64,000 bases of DNA, taken from assembly GCA_019634635.1 (NCBI GenBank), contig JAHCBB010000005.1:173474-237473 (forward strand), written 5' to 3'. Under the pieces are notes generated by a model. It did no database searches and was not told where the DNA came from. It saw only the letters and a list, made by a program, of their open reading frames with translations. Below are positions 8,342 through 19,569 of this stretch, one piece after another. How positions within the stretch are numbered: position 1 is the first letter of the stretch; each line of letters starts with the position of its first letter. The stretch is from Verrucomicrobiia bacterium (lineage in GTDB: Bacteria > Verrucomicrobiota > Verrucomicrobiia > Limisphaerales > UBA9464). The position numbers were made by a program, and so were the translations under genes.

Positions 8342-9412
8342 TCAGTCGGTTCCGGGTCCCGCGGGAGCGGCTGCCTGCGATCCCGGGGGCGGATCGGCCG
8401 GTTCGGCCTCCTCGTAGAGGCGAGCCAGCCTGAGCAGGACGGATTCCAGCGCCTGCGCATGGGCCGCGGGTTCGAGGGAGGCTTTGCGCTCCCGGAGGGC
8501 CTCCAGCTCCCGTTCCAGGGCGTCGCGTTGCATCCGGACCTCCGCCCCAAGGGCCTGTTCCCCGGGGCTGCGCACGAGGACGAGCGTGCGCGCCCATCCG
8601 CCGTCGGTGGATGCGCCCTCCCGCGCCTGCTTGACCGCGCGGACGCCGCGAAACCAGTCGGCGGGCGTGCCCAGACCGTCGCCGGAGTCCTCGAGCAGGG
8701 CGTGTTCGGTGGCGAGGCGGCCGGCCGTCGCATACCACTCGGCGACGCGGCTCGAGGCGGCGATGAAGGCCTCCAGAAGTGACACCTGTCCGTCGTGGTC
8801 AAGGTCGGCCGCCGGATCCGTAAGCGCCTCGGCGAACGGAAGTCCAAACCGGGTGGCATTGACCTCCGCGCCGCTGCGGGTGGCGGTGATGACGACGCGG
8901 TTGGTGCCGGCGAGCGCCTTGAGGAAGGGGGCGCTGGCCGAGGCGGTGTTGATGACTGCAACCGGACGCTCCACCGGCATCAGCCAGCTGGCGAGCTCGG
9001 CCGCCGACACGTCGGGTCCGCGCAGGTTGAACCGGGCGTCGCGCTCATCCCAGGTGCCATGGCCGATCAGCACGAGCCAGAGGGGGCGGGATTCCGTGCC
9101 TGCGGCTGCCACGGCCGCTTGCAGCCGGTCGCGGTCGGGAATCCCCGTGTCCCCGCCGATTCCGATCACCGTCAGCGGTGCCCCCGCCTGCGCCGCAGCC
9201 CGGGTCCAGGCGGCCGCCTGCTGAACGAAGTTCGTCGCGTACTCCGGTTCTCCCGCCGCTCCGATCACCAGCACCAGTGCCGGAATGTCGTTCGGCTCGT
9301 CCGTGGCCGGGGCGGGCAGGGTGGACGAGGCCAGCGCCGGCAGGGCCAGCATCGTCCACAGCAGCCTTGAGGCCCGGATCACGGCAATCCCCTCCAGCGA
9401 CGCAATCCCCAT
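8342..9412 (-). CDS. Secreted hypothetical protein, last gene of the Bat-like operon.
   Basis: Trimmed to MGIASLEGIAVIRASRLLWTMLALPALASS (signal peptide ending in AxA). The region LVLIGHGTWDE ... is only vaguely caspase/C13-like and no catalytic Cys was seen. The 5' end overlaps the upstream gene by about 33 nt. Confidence 0.45.
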   Translation of the reverse strand: MGIASLEGIAVIRASRLLWTMLALPALASSTLPAPATDEPNDIPALVLVIGAAGEPEYATNFVQQAAAWTRAAAQAGAPLTVIGIGGDTGIPDRDRLQAAVAAAGTESRPLWLVLIGHGTWDERDARFNLRGPDVSAAELASWLMPVERPVAVINTASASAPFLKALAGTNRVVITATRSGAEVNATRFGLPFAEALTDPAADLDHDGQVSLLEAFIAASSRVAEWYATAGRLATEHALLEDSGDGLGTPADWFRGVRAVKQAREGASTDGGWARTLVLVRSPGEQALGAEVRMQRDALERELEALRERKASLEPAAHAQALESVLLRLARLYEEAEPADPPPGSQAAAPAGPGTD

Positions 9413-11739
9413 TCCGTGACCAGACAGCCCAGGGCCAGGGCAAACATGGCCGGGGTATGCCACAGCGGGCGGGACCAGGATTCCATCTCCGGCGCCCGAC
9501 GCTCCGGGAGATCGCGCACGAAGGCTTCCAGGCGGCCGGCAGGAATCACCTCGCCCCCGGTCTGACGGGCGATGGACTCCAGCAGCGGCAGATTGGGTTC
9601 CAAAGATCGGAACTCTTCGGCGGCAAGGTCCGTGCTCCAGCCGGCCTCGGCGCGCCCGACCTCGGCGCCAACCGGGTTCATGGCGACGGCCGTGGCCCGG
9701 AACCCGCCGGTGAGCCGGGGCACGTACACCGCCTCGTAAAGGCCGGGTTCGGAGACGGACGCTTCGGCCGGCAGGCGCAGGACGTTGGTGGCGCCGGGCT
9801 CGCTGCTGGCGATCAGCACCGGCTGGATCTCCAAAATGACGTCCGCATTGTCCATCGGCTGGAACTTCGGATCCCGGACCCGCACCTCCAGGCGCATGGC
9901 ACCATTGGGGTCGCCCGGGACGGCCTCGGCGGTCAGTTCCACCGGCCGGGGTACATCGGCCACCAGCCACCGGGCGAGCTGGCGCCACATGCGGTCCATG
10001 TCGGCATGCGAACTCGCGTCACGCATCCCCCAACGCCAGAGATCGCCGATGGTGAGGGCCGCGACGCGTCCGCGTCCGAAGCGTTGCACCACGAGCGCCG
10101 GGACTTCGCCGCCCGCCTCGTCGGCCGCGGTGGCGATGACACTGGCCCCCGGTTTGATGTCGCCGAGGCGGTTGATCACGAGAAACGGCGGCATGGCGTC
10201 CCGCATTTCGCGTTCCCCGCCCTCCGTATCGCGCAGCCGCGCCCAGGCCTGGAGCCAGCCTTCGCGCGCCAGCACGAGGCGGCGGGGAACCGATGGGGCG
10301 GCATCGGCCCGGCGGTCGAGATACACCGGCAGCAGGTCTCCGATCGGCGTGCGGTGATAACCGCCCTGATGGAACGATTCGGCACCGCCCAGCATCAGGA
10401 ACCCACCGCCACGTTCCGACACGAATTTCTGAACCAGCAACTGCTGGTCGGGCTGGAAGAATGCGGCCTCCAGGTCGTCCACGATCACCGCCTGGTACCC
10501 GTAGAGCTCCTCCGGGATTTTTGGAAAACCGCTGCGCAGCTCCAGTTCGTCGCGGGTGTTCAAGCGCACCAGCACCGGCTGATCGTAGCGCTCGACCTCC
10601 TCGGGCGACTGTTCCCCGAATCCGCGGAACAACGGGTTGCTCGTCTCGCCGGCCCGCCCGCGGAACTCAAACTTCGGCTCGCGACGCGCCACCCGGATCA
10701 ACGCGACCAGTTGCACTTGCGGATCCTCCTGAAGCGCGCGGTTGAGGAACTTGAACTCCCAGTTTGGGCGTCCCGTGACGTAAAGGATCCGGTGGGGTCC
10801 CCGTCCGCGGTCCACCGCCACCACCCGGTTGTTGTTGGCGAGGGTGGCCTCGGCCTCCGCTTCGTCCGCCACTCCGGCCACCGCCACGCTGAACCGGTGG
10901 AACACCACCCCCAGCCCCTCGGGTTTCGGCTGGAACCGGAAGGTGAGCGGCGCGGGGTCGTTCGGAACCTGGCGCACCTGTTCACCCACCGTCCGTCCCG
11001 CGGCATCGGTCAGCCGCGCCACCACCTCGCGACCCGCCAATCCGGTGGCCGCCACATCCGCCTCGACCGTGACCGGCGCATCCTCGAACGCGGTCTGGGT
11101 GGCGCGGACGTCCAGGACGCTCACGTCGCGGAGCGCCCCGGGCTCGCCGACCACCACCGGATACACCGGGGGGAGCCCTTCGAGGTCGGGCAGCGCCCCC
11201 TTGAGGTCGGTGGCATTGCCGTCGGTGAACAGCAGGACGCCCGCAAGGGGGCGTCCGCGGTTGCGTTCGACGACCGCCTGCAGGGCTGCGCCGATGGCCG
11301 ACGAGCGGCCGTCGAAGACCAGGTCGGAAAAATCCGGCACCGCCTGCAGCCGGGAATCGAACCGGTAACGTCGCACCTCGAACGTCTGCTCCAGCAGCTC
11401 CGGCCAGGCGCGGCGTCCCGGATCAAGCCACTCGCGCAGGGTTTCCCCGCGGGTTTGCGCGGCTCCGGGGTCGCGGATGCCCAGGCCCTGGCTGTTGTCG
11501 GCGACCACGACGAAGCGGTTGGCTCCTGGACGTGCCCGCTGCCCCGACCACAATGGCTCGAGCAGACAGAAGGCGAGGGCGGCGATGCCGACCGCCTTGA
11601 GGGTCAGGCAGGTCCAGCGGACCCATCCGGGAGGCGTGGCCCGATAACTCCAGGCCAGAAGGAGCGCGGCCACCCCGGCGGCCGTCAGGGCGGGCAGGAG
11701 CCAGGGGCGGTTGGCCAGGATGAGGGAGGCCATCAACAT
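9379..11739 (-). CDS. Large membrane protein of the Bat-like operon (N-terminal transmembrane helices, possible vWA/GATase1-like region, C-terminal transmembrane helix).
   Basis: Starts MLMASLILANRPWLLPALTAAGVAALLLAWSY. Its ATG at 11739 lies 2 nt after the TGA of the upstream gene. Internal YQAVIVDDLEAAFF ... GGGFLMLGG resembles a class-I glutamine-amidotransferase-like fold. The family assignment is tentative. Confidence 0.5.
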   Translation of the reverse strand: MLMASLILANRPWLLPALTAAGVAALLLAWSYRATPPGWVRWTCLTLKAVGIAALAFCLLEPLWSGQRARPGANRFVVVADNSQGLGIRDPGAAQTRGETLREWLDPGRRAWPELLEQTFEVRRYRFDSRLQAVPDFSDLVFDGRSSAIGAALQAVVERNRGRPLAGVLLFTDGNATDLKGALPDLEGLPPVYPVVVGEPGALRDVSVLDVRATQTAFEDAPVTVEADVAATGLAGREVVARLTDAAGRTVGEQVRQVPNDPAPLTFRFQPKPEGLGVVFHRFSVAVAGVADEAEAEATLANNNRVVAVDRGRGPHRILYVTGRPNWEFKFLNRALQEDPQVQLVALIRVARREPKFEFRGRAGETSNPLFRGFGEQSPEEVERYDQPVLVRLNTRDELELRSGFPKIPEELYGYQAVIVDDLEAAFFQPDQQLLVQKFVSERGGGFLMLGGAESFHQGGYHRTPIGDLLPVYLDRRADAAPSVPRRLVLAREGWLQAWARLRDTEGGEREMRDAMPPFLVINRLGDIKPGASVIATAADEAGGEVPALVVQRFGRGRVAALTIGDLWRWGMRDASSHADMDRMWRQLARWLVADVPRPVELTAEAVPGDPNGAMRLEVRVRDPKFQPMDNADVILEIQPVLIASSEPGATNVLRLPAEASVSEPGLYEAVYVPRLTGGFRATAVAMNPVGAEVGRAEAGWSTDLAAEEFRSLEPNLPLLESIARQTGGEVIPAGRLEAFVRDLPERRAPEMESWSRPLWHTPAMFALALGCLVTEWGLRRWRGLP

Positions 11740-11741
11740 CG

Positions 11742-14700
11742 TCAGCGGTCCCTCCCCAGTTCCTCGTAATAGCGCCGGACCAGTTCGGTGTAGCGATGCG
11801 GCACCGGATCCCGGTCCATGGGCACCAGCGCCTCGCGGGAGCTGCGCCGGGCCAGCTCCTCTGCGATCTGCTGCCGCACCTCCACCAACGGCTTGAGGAT
11901 TTCGAGTCTCACGACGGCCCAATCGGGTTTCTTGAGGTCCCGGCGCATCTCCACCCGCATCTGCCGCGCCCGCTCCCGGGCACCGGCCACGCCGGCGCGG
12001 AGTTCCGGCGATTCCACGAGCTCCTCCACCTCGCGGAGCCGGTCGGACCACGGCGCAAAGGTGCCGCCGGTCAACGGGCCGCCCCCACCGGTTCCCCCAT
12101 CGTCTCCGCCCGCCAGCAAGTCGAAGGGGCTGGACCCGCCTTGCGATCCGCGCTGACCCCGCTGGGGCGATGGGGGGCCGGGCGGATTGCCGCCCCCCTG
12201 CCCATCCGCCGGAGAGTCACCCGGACGGGGACCACCGGATTCAGGAGGCGGCGTTGGCCCCTGCGCGAGGGAAGGGGTCCCAGGCCGGGCAGGTTCGCTG
12301 GCGGGCTCACCGGGGCCACCGGCGCCGCGTGCGGATGGTTCCCCGCGCGGGTCCCCGGGCTCCCCTTCCTGTCCGGCCCCGGCCCCGGCCAGCTCACGCT
12401 CCAGCTCCCCGGTCAGCGCATCCAGCTCTCCGGCCGCGCGCCGCAAGGCCTCCGCCTCATCCCCAAGCACACTCTCCGCCGCGCGCTCCACCCCGTCGCG
12501 TAACTGGACGATGCCCTCCCGGGCCCGGGCTTCCACGCGATCCGCCTGCGCGAAGTTGCCGAGGCGCAGCAGCTCGGCAGCCATGTCGAGAATTTGGCCC
12601 GGCTCCCCGGAGGTCTCCTGCAACCGGTCGTACAACCGCTGGCTCAACTGGCCGCGCTCGGCCAGCTCCTGCTGCCACTGCTTCGCCAGGCCGGCGTCGT
12701 CCTGCTGAAACTGGCGCAGGGTCTCCTCGAGCTTCTGGGAGAGCAGGGGTTCCGCCTGCTCGGCCAGTTGCGCCACCTCGGTCGCCTCCCCGACCAGGCG
12801 GGTGGCCCGCTCGCGCTGCTGTTCCAGTTCGCGAGCCAAATCCTGGCGCTCCGGAGTCTCCGACAGAGTCCGGCGTCCGGGCTCGCGGGCCTCCCCCAAC
12901 TGGCGGGCGATGTCCTCCTGGCGTTGCGCCAGTTCGCGCGCCTCCTGACGCAGTTGCCGGACGTCTTCCGAAAACTGGCTGGCGCTTTGCCGGCGAAGGT
13001 CATCCCGCAAGGACTCGAGCTGCCGCTGGGCGCGGGTGCCGGAGGCCACCGCCTGGCGGGTCGCCCCCTCGGCCGCGGCCTCTGCGGCCCGTTGCACTTC
13101 GTCGCGGGTTTCCTCCAGACGCCGGCGCTCATCGGCCAGCCGCGACTGGTTTTCGGGGCGGTCCATGCGTTGCTGCAGTTCGTCCACATCGGCGAGCATC
13201 TCGCGCTGCTCCTCCTGGAGACGTTTCAACTGGCGTCGGGCCTCCTCGCGTTCTTCTTCGGTCCGTGCCTCCTCGAGGGCGGCCTGCAACTCCTTGAGGC
13301 GCTCATTGAGGTCCTCCTGGCGGCGGGCCAGTTCCTGGAGCCGGTTGAGGATCTGCAGTTGCGCGCGCTGCTCGGGGTTCTGCGCCGTGCGCGCCTGGCT
13401 CTGGGTCTCATAGCGATCCTCGGACTGCTTCAAATCCAGCTGGTCCACCTGACGCTGACTTGCGGATTCGCCGCCGCCTCCCCCTCGGTTGCGACCGCGC
13501 GTCACGGTGACCTCCCGGGACTGCATGCGCATCAGGGCCTGATAGGCGGTTTGTTCCGGGGTCAGGGCATTCGCCAGCAATTCGGGGGAATCCAGGGCGG
13601 CCGTCAGACGGGTCACCGCATCCTCCATGGACCGCACCACCAGCGCCCAGTCACCCTCCCGCTCCGGACCCGTGGCGTCCGCCGCCTCCTCCTGGGCCTG
13701 ATCAAGAGCCGTCTGCTGGGAATCCCGAACCACCGTGGCATCGGCGACATAGGCGTCGCGGCTGCCGGGCTCACGCTGCAGCCTCCAGGTGGCGTTGATG
13801 ATTTGCTTCTGAAGCTCCGCAAGCCGGGTTGCCGGAGTCTGGCCACCGCCCTGATCCCCGCCCTCGCCCTCCATGTTCTCACCCTCACGGAAGATTTCGT
13901 CGAACGGCCGGATCTCTCCGAACCGCAAGTCGCTTCGGGTGATTCGCACCGCTCCATCGGGGCCGAGGTCCTCGGCCCAGAGATGCCACGTCACGAGGTC
14001 GCCGGGTGACACCTGGAGATCCTCCAATCGGACCACGTGTTGGAACGAGCGCCGCTCCTTCGATGGCACCGCCGTGCCCAACTCCACGTCCACGCTGCCG
14101 CCGCCGCCCACGGCATAGGCGAGTCCGAACCGAAGGACTCCGAAGTCATCCCACACGGTGCCCTCGAACGGCATCTCCTCGAGCGCCGAGGGACGCTGAT
14201 CACCGCGCGGACGCGTCAGCTTGACCTCCGGAATTCGGTTCGGCAGGGCATCAAACACAAAGGCCACCGGCGCCTTGTTGGTTCGTCCGTCGGCATCCGT
14301 GAGCACCAATTGATAGCGACCGCTGCGCATCAGGGGCCAGGCGACCAGGGTAGCCACGGCGCGGTTCGTGCCAACCTCCAGGGAGAGGGAAGCCGCCGCA
14401 TTGGTCCGCTCCACCAATTGTGCCAAGACGACGGGCTTGTTGAGTTGCAGGGTGAGATCAACTCGCGTGCCCTCCACCGCGCTAATGCGACGGGTGTCCT
14501 CAATGCGACGAGGCTCGAGGCCGGTGTAGTCCGGGAAGTTGAGGTCGGCGTCGGCACGTTCCAGGCGCGGATGCTCAAACACGGTCACGGTGAACTCCCG
14601 AGTCTCCCGGCCGTCATGCACCACGCGGTATCGAAGATCGGTTGAGACATCCGGGATGCTGACGCCGAACACGGGATCCGAAAGACTTCGGATCAGCGGC

Positions 14701-15377
14701 AGGCGCCGCTCCACCTCGCCGGAAGTCTGGACCACGAGCTCAACCTGCCGCGGCGCCTCGCCACCAAAACGCGCCAGCACCACCAGGCTGTCCCCCTTCT
14801 CCAGCGCCACATCGCCCGGGGTGATTTCCAGCCGGCCATCGGCGAGTGCCGCATACGTCGAGCCCCGGGACGCCGCATCGCCAGGAGTCCTCAGAACCCA
14901 CAGCACGACCGCCAGCAACGCCAGACTGGCGATCTGCGCCGCCTGGGCACCGGCCACCTGCCACAGCGGAAAACAACGACGCCACCGCCCCCGGAAGCTT
15001 GCCTCCAGCGCCCCCAGAACCACCTGTTGCTGCAGGAAGTTGAGTCGGCCCGGCGCGTCCTCTTCCTGCTGAACCGCGGTGAGCAACACCCCCTTCAGCT
15101 CCGGATGCCGCCGCTCGATCAAGCCGGCGACATCATTGATGCCGGGACGCGTCCGCCGGAGGTGTCGCACCGTCCAGAAAAACGCGGCCACCGCGAGGAT
15201 CCCGAGGGCCGGCAACGCATACGGCGCTGTCCCGGGCGCCCACCGCTTCAGGGCGAGCAGGCCCAATCCGGCGAGGGCCACCCCTGCCCAGCACCCGGCC
15301 AGACCGGCACCCAGCCGGCGCCAGCGAAGCCGGCGAAGCAACGGTGCCAGACGCGCGTTGAGCAGCGGGTCAATCAT
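11742..15377 (-). CDS. 1211-aa membrane-anchored protein with a ~400-aa coiled-coil (E/R/Q/L-rich) segment and a Gly/Pro-rich low-complexity linker.
   Basis: N-terminal transmembrane helices (LGAGLAGCWAGVALAGLGLLAL, LPALGILAVAAFFW). The long heptad-like run RLKELQAALEEARTEEEREEARRQLKRLQEEQREML... is followed by PGTPSLAQGPTPPPESGGPRPGDSPADGQGGGNPPGPPSP. Operon position between the BatA-like and membrane genes. Confidence 0.55.
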   Translation of the reverse strand: MIDPLLNARLAPLLRRLRWRRLGAGLAGCWAGVALAGLGLLALKRWAPGTAPYALPALGILAVAAFFWTVRHLRRTRPGINDVAGLIERRHPELKGVLLTAVQQEEDAPGRLNFLQQQVVLGALEASFRGRWRRCFPLWQVAGAQAAQIASLALLAVVLWVLRTPGDAASRGSTYAALADGRLEITPGDVALEKGDSLVVLARFGGEAPRQVELVVQTSGEVERRLPLIRSLSDPVFGVSIPDVSTDLRYRVVHDGRETREFTVTVFEHPRLERADADLNFPDYTGLEPRRIEDTRRISAVEGTRVDLTLQLNKPVVLAQLVERTNAAASLSLEVGTNRAVATLVAWPLMRSGRYQLVLTDADGRTNKAPVAFVFDALPNRIPEVKLTRPRGDQRPSALEEMPFEGTVWDDFGVLRFGLAYAVGGGGSVDVELGTAVPSKERRSFQHVVRLEDLQVSPGDLVTWHLWAEDLGPDGAVRITRSDLRFGEIRPFDEIFREGENMEGEGGDQGGGQTPATRLAELQKQIINATWRLQREPGSRDAYVADATVVRDSQQTALDQAQEEAADATGPEREGDWALVVRSMEDAVTRLTAALDSPELLANALTPEQTAYQALMRMQSREVTVTRGRNRGGGGGESASQRQVDQLDLKQSEDRYETQSQARTAQNPEQRAQLQILNRLQELARRQEDLNERLKELQAALEEARTEEEREEARRQLKRLQEEQREMLADVDELQQRMDRPENQSRLADERRRLEETRDEVQRAAEAAAEGATRQAVASGTRAQRQLESLRDDLRRQSASQFSEDVRQLRQEARELAQRQEDIARQLGEAREPGRRTLSETPERQDLARELEQQRERATRLVGEATEVAQLAEQAEPLLSQKLEETLRQFQQDDAGLAKQWQQELAERGQLSQRLYDRLQETSGEPGQILDMAAELLRLGNFAQADRVEARAREGIVQLRDGVERAAESVLGDEAEALRRAAGELDALTGELERELAGAGAGQEGEPGDPRGEPSARGAGGPGEPASEPARPGTPSLAQGPTPPPESGGPRPGDSPADGQGGGNPPGPPSPQRGQRGSQGGSSPFDLLAGGDDGGTGGGGPLTGGTFAPWSDRLREVEELVESPELRAGVAGARERARQMRVEMRRDLKKPDWAVVRLEILKPLVEVRQQIAEELARRSSREALVPMDRDPVPHRYTELVRRYYEELGRDR

Positions 15378-15417
15378 GGGGTTGCCTGGGGGCGTTCATG
15401 ACGATGCGATTCATGGT

Positions 15418-17535
15418 TCACACGGGCGCTGGTGCGGCGCGGCGGGAGAGGAAGCCCGCCACCGCCGTCTCGGCCAGCAGCAGGGCCAACGTGGCTGCCA
15501 GAAACCAGCGCCACAACTTCTGCCGGCCTTCGGCGGTGACGCTGTCCGGACGCTGCGGTGCCGCCGCCGGGGTGGTCCGGACGCCTGCCGCAGAACCGTT
15601 CGCGCCCGCCGGGACCCCAAGGCGTTCGAGCTCGTCGGCCGCCAGCGGTGGAGTCCGACCTTCCGCGGGATCAAGGTTGACCGCCACCACCCGCGCCGGG
15701 CCACCCGAACCCAACGTGTACAGGCCCGGGAGCGCCGTCTCGGTGAAGCCCTGTGCCGTTTCGGGGAAGGGATGGGCGGTGCCGTCCGGTCCGATCACCT
15801 GGGTCCCCCCGGAAATTCCGGAGCCCCAGGCGGAGCGCGGGATGGCATCCCCGACGGTGAAGGAGCCCGACGGCGGCGCGACCACGCCCGCCAACTCCAG
15901 CAGGGAGAAGATCCATGGAACGAATTTGCTGGAGAGCGCGAACTGGCTGTCGCCGGGGTTCCACCCGGAAGTCAGCAGCAGCAGCCGACCCGTTCCCGAG
16001 GCCGCCGGGACTTCCACGAGTGCGGGATCCCCGCGGTCGAATCGTGCCACGACCCGCGCTCCGGGGATCCCGGCGACATCCAACCGCCGGTGCTTCCAGA
16101 AATGCAGCCGCGTGAAGTCGTTGAACCGCGGGTCGGCAAACGGAGCGAACAGCGGATGCCGGAACTCGATCTCCGCAAGCATGGCATAGCCTGCCGGGCT
16201 GGCTTCAGACACGCTCAGTGAGGATTGATTCAGGACCGGGGCCAGCGACGCCAGGGCCGCGGCGGACCTGGGGGCCGCGAGGACCGTCCGCCCGTCCGCC
16301 ACAGCGGCACGCAACGCGTCGGCCACCGCGACATCCACCGTGTCGGTGACGACGATCAACCGGAAGTCCTCCCAGTCGCCCGGGGCCGGAACAGCGGTCG
16401 GCGGTCGGGCGACCACCTCCACGGTCATGCGTGGGGTCGCCGGAAGGGCGCGCTGCAAAAAGTAAAGCGGCTCGCGAACCTCCGATGCCGCCTCCGGCCC
16501 CAGGTAGAGGATCCGGCTCCGGATTGCACCGGGCGGTGCCGTGAACACGGTGTTGTCGAACGGCTCGGCGTCGCCCTGCAGCACCAGGCGGTCCGCCCGC
16601 AGCGCCGGTTCTGGAGACGGCACAGCCACCACACGGCTTTGTCCCGGGGGCACGTACACTTCAATGGCCGGCGTCACAAACTCGCGTCCGTCAGGTCCGG
16701 CCCAGCCGACCTGGAAGCGTTCCTCCCGGGCGTCGGAGGAATTGCCGACACGAACGCGGACCGCACCGTCGTCGGGCCCTGGGCCTCCCGAAGCCTCACC
16801 CACGGGATTCAGGGAGGCATTGCCGGCGCGCTTCGGAAGCACCGCGGACAACACGACTTCGATGCCCTTCGGCCACTCGTAGGCCTGAAGGGTGTCCAGC
16901 CGGCTGCCCTCCTGCAGATCGCTGATCACGATGATCCGGCCCTGCTCGGATACCACCCCGGCATCCCGCTCAACCAGCGCATCGGCGGCCTGGATAAGCG
17001 CAGCGCCCAGTTGCGTGGAGCCCCAGCCTGGACGCACGGTCTCCAAGGCTCGCGCGACCAGGTCGGGCCGCTCTCCCGGGACCGCCGCGGACCATGCATC
17101 GAACCCAACCCGCCGGACCACCGTCCGGTCAAAAGTGAACACGGCCACGGTGTCCATGGGATCCGCCGCACGCACGAGGGCCTCGAGGCGTTCGCGGGCC
17201 GCGTCCCAGGCTCCGTCGCGTTGCATGCTTGCACTGGTGTCGAGCAACACCACCCGGGGGGATCCGGTGGCGGCGGACGCCGGGGCTGCCGTGGCGTCCT
17301 TGAGGAACGGTCTGGCAAACCCAAAGGCCAGGAGGCCGAGCGCGAGGCACCGCAGTGCCAGCAGCAGCAGATCCTCCAGCCGGCTCCGGCGTGTCAGCCG
17401 CGGCGGCGTGGGCTGAAGGAACATCAGCGAGCTGAAACGGGTCCGTTGTCGCGTGGTCCGGCGGATGAGATGAAAGATCACCGGCAGTGCGAGCGCCGCG
17501 CCGCCCAACAGAAACCATGGCGCAAGAAAGCTCAT
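15418..17535 (-). CDS. BatA-like protein: aerotolerance-regulator N-terminal double-transmembrane domain plus a von Willebrand factor A domain.
   Basis: MSFLAPWFLLGGAALALPVIFHLIRRTT..(BatA N-terminal signature)..LLALRCLALGLLAFGFARP, then the MIDAS motif VVLLDTSASM. The ATG overlaps the DUF58 stop (ATGA). Confidence 0.7.
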   Translation of the reverse strand: MSFLAPWFLLGGAALALPVIFHLIRRTTRQRTRFSSLMFLQPTPPRLTRRSRLEDLLLLALRCLALGLLAFGFARPFLKDATAAPASAATGSPRVVLLDTSASMQRDGAWDAARERLEALVRAADPMDTVAVFTFDRTVVRRVGFDAWSAAVPGERPDLVARALETVRPGWGSTQLGAALIQAADALVERDAGVVSEQGRIIVISDLQEGSRLDTLQAYEWPKGIEVVLSAVLPKRAGNASLNPVGEASGGPGPDDGAVRVRVGNSSDAREERFQVGWAGPDGREFVTPAIEVYVPPGQSRVVAVPSPEPALRADRLVLQGDAEPFDNTVFTAPPGAIRSRILYLGPEAASEVREPLYFLQRALPATPRMTVEVVARPPTAVPAPGDWEDFRLIVVTDTVDVAVADALRAAVADGRTVLAAPRSAAALASLAPVLNQSSLSVSEASPAGYAMLAEIEFRHPLFAPFADPRFNDFTRLHFWKHRRLDVAGIPGARVVARFDRGDPALVEVPAASGTGRLLLLTSGWNPGDSQFALSSKFVPWIFSLLELAGVVAPPSGSFTVGDAIPRSAWGSGISGGTQVIGPDGTAHPFPETAQGFTETALPGLYTLGSGGPARVVAVNLDPAEGRTPPLAADELERLGVPAGANGSAAGVRTTPAAAPQRPDSVTAEGRQKLWRWFLAATLALLLAETAVAGFLSRRAAPAPV

Positions 17536-18500
17536 GCAGTCCCTCCGCCTCCCCGCATGGCGGCCCCGCGATGACGGAGCGGACGCCGCCGCACGCGCTC
17601 CTGGAGGAAGGCGTGCAACACCCCCTCCAGGGGTGCGTCCGTGCGGACCCGGTGATGTCCGACGCCGAGCCGCTGGCAGACTTCGCGCAATCCGGCGGCA
17701 TGTGCCTCCCAGCGTTGCCGGTAGGTGGCGCGCGCAGCCACGGGGTCCACGAACAGCGTCCGATCGGTCTCCGCATCCTGAAACACCGATGGCTGATCAA
17801 ACCCAAACTCCAGTTCCGCTGGATCCGACACCGCAAACACCAGCACCTCGTGGCCGAAAGCGGTCAGCGCGCTGAGGCTGCTCTCGAGTCGGTCCAACGG
17901 CGCAAGAAAATCGGACACCAGGACCAGCAGGCCCCGCTTCCGGACGATTTCCGCCAGCCGTTTCAACGGGGCGGACAGGTCGGTGGACCGCCCGCCTGCG
18001 GGTTGCTCCAGGGCGAGCATCAGGTGTCGGAGCTGGCCTGGACGATGCCGTGCCGGCAGGTACTCGCGGATGCGGTCATCGAACGACAGGAGTCCGATGG
18101 CGTCGCCCTGGAGGTGGAGGAAGTAGGCGAGCGTGGCCGCAAGCGTCGCGGCATATTGCGCCTTGGTGTACCCCAAAGTGCCGAAGTCCATGGACCGGCT
18201 CTGGTCCACCGCCAGGTGGCACCGCAGGTTGGTCTCGTCCTCGAACTTCTTCAGGAAATACCGGTCGCTGCGGGCATAGACCCGCCAGTCGAGATGCCGG
18301 AGGTCATCGCCGGAGGTGTACTGGCGGTACTCGGTGAATTCGACCGAGAAGCCGTGGTAGGGACTGCGGTGCAGGCCGCTTCGAAAACCCTCCACCACCG
18401 CGCGGGCGCGAAGCTCGAGGTTCCGGATCCCCATCAGGGCCTCGGCGCTGACGAACGAACCACGGCCCCCGGGGGAACGCTGATGGGCGGCCATCATCAC
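17532..18500 (-). CDS. DUF58 domain protein (MoxR-associated, vWA-like).
   Basis: Characteristic DUF58 core YHGFSVEFTEYRQYTSGDDLRHLDWRVYARSDRYFLKKFEDETNLRCHLAVDQSRSM. Sits directly downstream of moxR with 1 nt spacing. Confidence 0.8.
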   Translation of the reverse strand: MMMAAHQRSPGGRGSFVSAEALMGIRNLELRARAVVEGFRSGLHRSPYHGFSVEFTEYRQYTSGDDLRHLDWRVYARSDRYFLKKFEDETNLRCHLAVDQSRSMDFGTLGYTKAQYAATLAATLAYFLHLQGDAIGLLSFDDRIREYLPARHRPGQLRHLMLALEQPAGGRSTDLSAPLKRLAEIVRKRGLLVLVSDFLAPLDRLESSLSALTAFGHEVLVFAVSDPAELEFGFDQPSVFQDAETDRTLFVDPVAARATYRQRWEAHAAGLREVCQRLGVGHHRVRTDAPLEGVLHAFLQERVRRRPLRHRGAAMRGGGGTA

Positions 18501-18501
18501 C

Positions 18502-19548
<1,047 letters not shown>

Positions 19549-19569
19549 GGAAAAATGGGGACCGGGATC

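Noticed and set aside
9178-11769. 863-aa + strand ORF. Also 12594..14009 (471 aa), 12170..13297, 18601..20766 (721 aa), 22990..24279 (5' part of the 725-aa ORF), 27739..29610 (623 aa), 35919..38513 (864 aa) and 40250..43948 (1232 aa).
   Set aside because: All are antisense to confidently assigned minus-strand genes of the Bat-like operon, S41 protease/tsaD, FG-GAP/DUF1501/PSCyt and the adhesin. They are low-complexity Arg/Gly/Pro-rich translations with no domain signatures.
12170-12700. G-rich segment with Pro/Gly/Ala-rich ORFs in three frames (12187..12708, 12170..13297, 12457..12678); considered as a possible separate low-complexity gene or repeat.
   Set aside because: It is the Gly/Pro-rich linker of the 1211-aa coiled-coil protein on the minus strand. 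The other frames are compositional artefacts.
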